Shown here: piece by piece, positions 57,740 through 64,000 of the stretch
Position numbering within the stretch: the stretch's first letter is position 1
How the letters are laid out: each line of letters starts with the position of its first letter
Assembly: GCA_964019425.1 (NCBI GenBank)
Contig: OZ025787.1
Span: forward strand, 1 to 64,000
Length of the DNA: 64,000 nucleotides
Origin: Flectonema sp. DT1601
Taxonomy: Eukaryota
Reading direction: 5' to 3'
Translations under genes and position numbers: made by a program
The notes under the pieces: model-generated
The model's database searches: none
Seen by the model: the letters and a program-made list of their open reading frames with translations, nothing else
What the model was told of the DNA's origin: nothing

Positions 57740-60124
57740 CTAGAGGTGCTTCTTAATTTGACTGAGAGAGAATATCATTATCGGTAGTCCTGTTACTTTG
57801 AGATTAGCAGTAGCTGGTGTTTCCTCAGCACTTCCTTCAACTCCGAAAGTAATATTATAACTACCAGGGAGTATCTGTTCATCTCCTTGTTCATTAATAA
57901 TTGACAGGACTTGAGGAGGGACACTCAGAATTACTATTTTTGACTCTCCAGATTGTAAGAAGATTCTATCATAATCAAACAGTTCTTTAAGTGGTGAGTT
58001 AATATGACCTGTTTGAGTTGTTGATGATGTTGTTATGAATCCCAACACAACACAATCAGATGAAGTCATTCCTGTGTTTGTTACTTTTACTTTGTACTGA
58101 GCTGGTGAATCAGTAACTCCACGAGACTCAAAGTATTTCTGATAATTAGTAATCATATCTCGACTACTAACAGACACGGTGGTGTTAATTGGTTCAAACT
58201 TGAATGTCGTGTACGACAATCCAAAACCAAACTCCCAAAGAGGAGTACCTGTGTAGTATCTGTAAGTTATTCCTTCTTCACTTCTCAGATTCATATCAGA
58301 GATTGGACGAGTATCAGCGAATGCTGCCGGGTAGATGGTAGTAGTTAACCTACCAGCAGGAGAAGTCTTACCAAATAGAATATTATAAATAGCCTCCCCA
58401 CCAACCTCACCTGGGTAGTGAGCGTCAAGAATCGCTGGAACATTTGTACGAGTCCAGTCAATTGATACTTGAAGACCGTGAATTAGAATTACAACTGTTT
58501 TTGGATTCACTGCGTACACTTCTTTTATTAACTCTTCCTGATACCCAGGTAGTGTTATAATAGTTCTATCCCAACCTTCGTCTTCACGTGCGTCAGATGT
58601 TTTGTTATTCATTTGTCCTGGAGAAAGACCCACAAATACTAACGCAATGTCAGCTCCTTTAGCTGCTTTAATTGCTTCACTAAACCCGTCTGTTGATGTG
58701 CAGGAAGTTGGATCATCACTCGGTGAGGTAGTTGAGCATCCAATAGAATGACTCTTTATGTTGATATTATTCTTCTTTAGTATTTGATAAGGACTCATTC
58801 TGTTTACAATATTAACAGTCCCGTGGTAGATACTATTCAGTTCTTGAGTCGCATTGAAATGTGGTCCAATCATTGCAATGCTGCTGTCCTTTGAGAGAGG
58901 GAGGAGGTTGTTTTTATTTTTCAGAAGTACCATTCCCTGTTCTGCTGCTGATAATGAGAGATCCCTCGCTTCAGGAGTATCTACTAATTCAGGACCATAA
59001 TTATGATAAGTAACATTATCATCCATGAATCCAAGACTAAATGCTTTTGACCAAGTTCTCACAAATGCCGTAGTAGCGTCTTCCTGACTAAGAACACCTG
59101 TCTTTAATGCATCCGGTATGTGAGTTTGGTAGTAGTTGCCGCAATTTAAGTCACACCCTGCAACAATCGCCTGACTAACTTGTTTTAGAGAAGATCCATT
59201 TAAATATAACTTCGCATAGGCGGTGAAGGCTGCGTCTTCAACAGCTTCACAGTCAGAGACGACGTATCCATCAAAACCCCACTTGCCTCTCATTACTTGA
59301 TTCATTGATAAATCATTACCACAAGAAGGTATTCCATTCACGGCATTGTATGAACACATAACTGAGTGAACTTTAGCACCTTCAATTGCTGCTCTCCATG
59401 CTGGCCAGTAGTACTCAACTTGATCCTGATCACTTACAATCGCGTTGAATCCTTTTCTGTCGCAGGTATTCGCAAATGATGGATCACAGCCGTGACAGTT
59501 CTCACAGTCGTAGTCATGAAAATGCTTTGCAGTAGAAACAGCCTTCAAATGCTTCTTACTCTCTGAAGGGTTTCCCTCTTGAAAAGAAGGTCCCCAATTC
59601 ATAATGTACTCTCCGTTTAGAAAAGGATCTTCAGAAGGAGTTTCCTGACTTCTACCCCAGCGAGGGTCTCTAGCGAGGTTTATGTCAGGTGCCCAAAAAG
59701 CTATTCCAGCTAGTCCTTGATTGTTAAGAGCACGTGCTTCGGTTGAGATTGTTTCACCAACCTTTCTCCATAAAGATCTATTAAAGCTTGATCCAAGAAC
59801 CATTGCATGAGGGAATGAAGTAGGACATCCAGTATTGTTACCATCAAACTTCTTAAAGTATGTTTGTTTACCACACCGAGTTACTACTCCGTGAAGGGCT
59901 TCTGAAAATCGAAATGCCGGAACACCCAACCTGTCACATCCCTGGTTGGTGTTACTTAACATGTTAGCAATCTCGGTGTCATTTAATCTCTTCGACAGGT
60001 CAGTTGCTCTCTCATAAGCTGTCAGGGATTGATTACAATAAGGGTACTCGTTGAAAGGAGAATCAACGCAGCTAACAGCAGATGCTCCTGCGCTCATGAT
60101 AACAGACAAGGCGATCGCTTTCAT
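57740..60124 (-). CDS. Secreted GH3 beta-xylosidase/arabinofuranosidase
   Basis: SEALHGV, TSFP, WAPDINLARDPRWGRSQETPSEDP, KHF, VMCSYNAVNG, GYVVSDC, VLLKN, FGFGLSYT. Confidence 0.93.
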   Translation of the reverse strand: MKAIALSVIMSAGASAVSCVDSPFNEYPYCNQSLTAYERATDLSKRLNDTEIANMLSNTNQGCDRLGVPAFRFSEALHGVVTRCGKQTYFKKFDGNNTGCPTSFPHAMVLGSSFNRSLWRKVGETISTEARALNNQGLAGIAFWAPDINLARDPRWGRSQETPSEDPFLNGEYIMNWGPSFQEGNPSESKKHLKAVSTAKHFHDYDCENCHGCDPSFANTCDRKGFNAIVSDQDQVEYYWPAWRAAIEGAKVHSVMCSYNAVNGIPSCGNDLSMNQVMRGKWGFDGYVVSDCEAVEDAAFTAYAKLYLNGSSLKQVSQAIVAGCDLNCGNYYQTHIPDALKTGVLSQEDATTAFVRTWSKAFSLGFMDDNVTYHNYGPELVDTPEARDLSLSAAEQGMVLLKNKNNLLPLSKDSSIAMIGPHFNATQELNSIYHGTVNIVNRMSPYQILKKNNINIKSHSIGCSTTSPSDDPTSCTSTDGFSEAIKAAKGADIALVFVGLSPGQMNNKTSDAREDEGWDRTIITLPGYQEELIKEVYAVNPKTVVILIHGLQVSIDWTRTNVPAILDAHYPGEVGGEAIYNILFGKTSPAGRLTTTIYPAAFADTRPISDMNLRSEEGITYRYYTGTPLWEFGFGLSYTTFKFEPINTTVSVSSRDMITNYQKYFESRGVTDSPAQYKVKVTNTGMTSSDCVVLGFITTSSTTQTGHINSPLKELFDYDRIFLQSGESKIVILSVPPQVLSIINEQGDEQILPGSYNITFGVEGSAEETPATANLKVTGLPIMIFSLSQIKKHL

Positions 60125-60660
60125 GTTGTGTTTGTTGAACTACTTCTTCACTAGTTTGATAAAAGTATATAACAGCTTTCACCTGATTAATGAAATGTTA
60201 TTAACTAAGAAGTCAACAATCAATTAGATACTATCACTTTACTCACCTCATGAAGTACATTATTAATTAGATCAGTATTGTTAACCAACAGATCACTGCG
60301 ATCAATTATCTAAAGTAAAACAGAAAAAGGATAAGATTCAATTTGTATCCTTCTCACGGACATCGATTAATGCAAACAAAAAGAAATAAACAACAAAACT
60401 TAACTACTGACAGCCGGACCGAAAAAGGAACAGCTGGCCTTTATGAAAAAAAAGAAAAAAAGATCTTGCTCTTTTTTTTTTAAAATTTTTTTTATTTTTC
60501 TTCTCAAGGATAGTTGGAGGACAGAAAAAAAATGAAAAGACGAACACCAGTCAAAAAGGAAAGACCTCATCTTGGAGATGGTTTACGTCATTTGGTCTTC
60601 AATGTACCGACTACTCTGAAAACACAATAGTTTACATACTAACAAGAATTATTTATTGTC

Positions 60661-61762
60661 TTATGCCTTCCTGGCTATCAAAGCTATTAAGAATAAAAGT
60701 ATTAAACAGAGCAATAGAATAACACAATATTTGAACTTAGAGTTTTTAGACGACGTGACGGCTTTACGAAGTTCACTAACGCCAGATGTAACGTTTTCTT
60801 GTGCCTTGTTTATGTTGTAATCGATTCTGTCAAGCATTGTTCCTTGATCAATTACCATCGTGTTGAGGTCTTGGAATATTTCATGAACATCGTTGAGGGA
60901 CTTTACAATATCCTGAAGCTCACTATCTCTTTGAGTTGCCATCTCTTCATTTAGTCGAATCATTTGTCTTTGTTCATCAGACATCACTTCACTCATTAAC
61001 GCTTCTTCTTTCCTCAAATTCCTGTCTTCTGCTTCCCACTGAGCTACTTCATCGTCTTGTGTTTGGAAGTGCGATCCACTTTTATTACGTCGTTCACGAT
61101 CCATGTATTCCTTTTGGACTGTTTGTTTTAGTTTTTTTTTTTTTTTGTAATATTATTTCATCGACTTTTCCGGTTAATCAAAAAAGGTTGACCAAAATAA
61201 TAACAAAACACTGGCAGTTCTCTACATACGTTGTCGGAATTGCTTACTCATGTTGGACAGTTCTGCAACACAAGACCTTTCGGCATTCTCAACTACTTTG
61301 TGTTCTACTGGTGGTAGATCGAGGCTTAACTTCTCTAAGCTTTTTATTAATAACTGATTATTTCTAAAACTACTTGTGATATCCTTACAAAAACTTTGAA
61401 TCTCTTGTTGTGTATCTTCTGTAGATGAGAACAGAGTTGTGTGTTGGGAGGCTTTTTTATAAAGCGTCTCCAAACTGTTTACTGTTTTAATATTATTGGT
61501 TACCTCTCGCACAAGATGTTAATAAAAACAATCCAACGAGTGATGACATACTTGAACGTTGCAATCCTGCCTGAGAGTCTCTTATGGTCTCAAGATGATC
61601 AACCCACTCTGGGAAGCAACAATCTCTAGGTAGCATTCCGTACCCTTCTTCAAGACGCTGCTGGTCTTCTCTAACATCTAATCGAGGAGGAGGACCTCTC
61701 CGTACTCTCGCTCTGTAAGCTTTGAAATCATCAGTTCGACTTCTGCACATTGGGAGTGCCAT
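60661..61762 (-). CDS. STX16: Syntaxin-16/Tlg2 (Qa-SNARE); introns 61482-61551 and 61119-61229
   Basis: N-peptide RSRTDDF, PEWVD, SNARE motif IFQDLNTMVIDQGTMLDRIDYNI, C-terminal TM. Confidence 0.92.
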
Positions 61763-61951
61763 TTTATTAAAAAACACCCGCCCAGTGTTCTGATGAAATA
61801 AAAATTATATAATTTTACAGACATTTTAATAATTATAAAACCTACTAAAATATTTCAATAGAATTGAACAACACAAACAACAACAGGAATGCTGATTGTT
61901 GTGAATTAGGTTCTCGAGATGTGTACTATTCGACTTCTTACTTCCGACATG

Positions 61952-64000
61952 TCAACTCGGCAGCAGCTTCCGATACCTGGAAGGGCGACCACTTGTTGCT
62001 CCTTTTGGGACATGAAATCGAATAGATTTCAAATAACTTTCGGACTCCTCAGAGATGCCGAACACTTTAGGTTGTGGAGGTCGGGGAGTGAAATGCCTTA
62101 AAGGATATTCCCAATTAATTAAAGGATCTCTCTCAAGAGTGATATCAACATTACTAAAAGAATCTATTTCCTTGAGAGGTAGGACTCCAGCAGTTGTGAA
62201 CAAACTTCTTATTGCTTGCTGTGCTATCTTTCCAGCAAGGATTCTGTCGGCTAGAAGTCGACGAAAGAATCTTTGAATAACAACACACGCAGTGTTTCTT
62301 TTATTTTCTAACCTTTCCCTATCACGTTGCTGTTCTGCTTCTTGTTGGAGTAGACGCTCTTGTTCTTCTTTTGTTTCGATCCAATTAACGAGGACAGCTG
62401 ATTGGTCAAACTTCTGTAGATTAGTTCCAGAAAGTTTAAGACACATACTCTCAACATGACGTCGTAGTAAATATTCTTCCTCATCGAGAGATGATTTGTC
62501 TGAAGGAGCAGCAGATGAATGTCTTTCAGTTGATTGATAAGATGACTCAGTCACAAGTCCTGATACTTCTTCATCAATCTTTGAATCGTTTCTTTCAGTA
62601 GTGCAGATAGAAGTCGCTCCCATACTCCCACCGTTGTGACTTGTTGCTGAAGTATTACTTCGAGTATATTGTTCACCAACAGACTGTTCACTACACAACA
62701 AATCACTAACTGCAGACCTGTCCAGTGTTATTGAAAATGAACGTGAGTCCTGACGGTCTTCTTGAAGTGGAGCAGTGCCTGCGATTCCAATAGCTTCGAA
62801 TGAGATGTCGAGTAGTGTTGTTTGCTGCTCTGCTACACCGAGAGTTGGAAGAACTGGTGTCACAGGTTGAGTTCGACGACCACCTGTTCGATCAGTGTTC
62901 TGTAAAATATGTTCAAATGATGGAACTGTTCCAAAGAGTGATCGTTGAGAGCTTGCACTGCTACTCGCACACGCACTTGCCACTCGACTCGACATTGCGA
63001 ATGATGCCTGAGACCTTTTTGATGAACCGCTACTATTCTTACTTTGTCTCTGATCAACTGGTAGGCTGCTATCTGTTTTATCAGGTGAGGTGGAGTGCTC
63101 TATATCTTCACGAGGAGCCCAAAAACTTTCAATTCGTCGGATGTCGAGTTCTACATCGGCGACGGAACTTTCTTCGGAATCATGATCAGCAAGTGGGAGG
63201 TTGATAGTTTTGTGTTTATTTGAGTCATCAGATACTTCACTTTCTCTGTTGTTGTAAACTCGAATTGATTGAGTGCTTTGAAAGGGAGACTCCTCCGAGT
63301 GGTCTTTGTGTATGTTGAGAATCACTCCCGAGTTTTCATTTAGGTCTTCAGGTATTCCAAAAGGGTGTTCTAAAACAGATGAATTCGATGATGTTATTTT
63401 AGTTGGGAATTGTACTAACGATGGCTGCTCTCCTTCTGGAGGTACTTCCTGAATCTTCTTTTTAGTTTTCGGACTGCGACTTCTTTTCCCCCGAGCACCT
63501 TTTCGTTTTCGACGTTTTTTCCTCTTTAGTTGGTTGCTGGAAGCGAATGCAACGAATTCTGGAATTAGATGGACTGACGGCATCCTCTCAGATGATGTCA
63601 TCTTTTCAGTTGTTAATTCAAATTCATTTCTGTGAGTTTCCATGACAGGATCATTACTCTCTTCTAGGGGGAGAGTCATTTCACAGATTACGTCTCCAAT
63701 TTGTCTTTTTGCTACACCACATTGTTGAAGAACTCTATCGAGAGTCACTAATCTATTTAGTGTTAAAGTAACTGAACTCTTCCTTCGATGTCTTTCTCGG
63801 CGACTAAATGAATGAAGTGATGAACCAGACTCACGACTGTCATACTCACGTTCATCAGAGAGAGCTCGTTTTCCTTTTCGTCTTCTGCGTTTACTGCGAT
63901 TCCTTCTTCGCCTTTTTCCCGGTGACTTTGGTGACGTTTTTCTCTTTCTGTTTGGAGATGCTTTCTTAGACTTTGATCGACTTCTACTTCGTTTTTTCTT
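61952..64000 (-). CDS. Hypothetical low-complexity Ser/Arg/Lys-rich protein with an IQ motif (5'-partial)
   Basis: The frame stays open upstream of 63748 toward the window end; IQRFFRRLLA motif. Confidence 0.7.
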   Translation of the reverse strand, partial: KKKRSRSRSKSKKASPNRKRKTSPKSPGKRRRRNRSKRRRRKGKRALSDEREYDSRESGSSLHSFSRRERHRRKSSVTLTLNRLVTLDRVLQQCGVAKRQIGDVICEMTLPLEESNDPVMETHRNEFELTTEKMTSSERMPSVHLIPEFVAFASSNQLKRKKRRKRKGARGKRSRSPKTKKKIQEVPPEGEQPSLVQFPTKITSSNSSVLEHPFGIPEDLNENSGVILNIHKDHSEESPFQSTQSIRVYNNRESEVSDDSNKHKTINLPLADHDSEESSVADVELDIRRIESFWAPREDIEHSTSPDKTDSSLPVDQRQSKNSSGSSKRSQASFAMSSRVASACASSSASSQRSLFGTVPSFEHILQNTDRTGGRRTQPVTPVLPTLGVAEQQTTLLDISFEAIGIAGTAPLQEDRQDSRSFSITLDRSAVSDLLCSEQSVGEQYTRSNTSATSHNGGSMGATSICTTERNDSKIDEEVSGLVTESSYQSTERHSSAAPSDKSSLDEEEYLLRRHVESMCLKLSGTNLQKFDQSAVLVNWIETKEEQERLLQQEAEQQRDRERLENKRNTACVVIQRFFRRLLADRILAGKIAQQAIRSLFTTAGVLPLKEIDSFSNVDITLERDPLINWEYPLRHFTPRPPQPKVFGISEESESYLKSIRFHVPKGATSGRPSRYRKLLPS

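Noticed and set aside
13549..63204. Plus-strand ORFs overlapping real genes
   Set aside because: They are antisense shadows of minus-strand CDSs with no recognisable motifs.

Overview
Eukaryotic, AT-rich DNA that looks euglenozoan and most likely diplonemid. This is inferred from three things: all ~18 host genes lie on the minus strand (polycistronic-type layout), there are short GT-AG cis-introns, and there is a relic of the diplonemid/kinetoplastid spliced-leader (SL) 3' end. The first ~13 kb is a subtelomere-like repeat zone. It opens with a ~2.6 kb (TTTGCGGG)n array whose G-rich strand points inward, opposite to a normal telomere. This is followed by a small Helitron-like element ending in CTAG, a SINE/LINE 3' fragment, and a ~5.9 kb decayed APE-RT-RNaseH (Ingi/L1Tc-like) retrotransposon. 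The retrotransposon starts with an SL relic and has a 2A-like (StopGo) peptide between a long ORF1-like region and pol. The zone ends with tandem repeats and a foldback/TIR element carrying a tRNA-like sequence. The rest of the window is a co-directional gene cluster: old yellow enzyme, P-loop-like protein, START protein, LRR protein, NEK kinase, double glycosyltransferase, USP5, two DOMON paralogs, CK1, ABC transporter, PQ-loop protein, LUC7, IQ protein, myosin with PH and RanBP2-ZnF tail, CNNM with a PDZ-like insert, GH3 xylosidase, syntaxin-16, and a partial IQ protein. All calls come from reading the sequence by eye; no searches were run.
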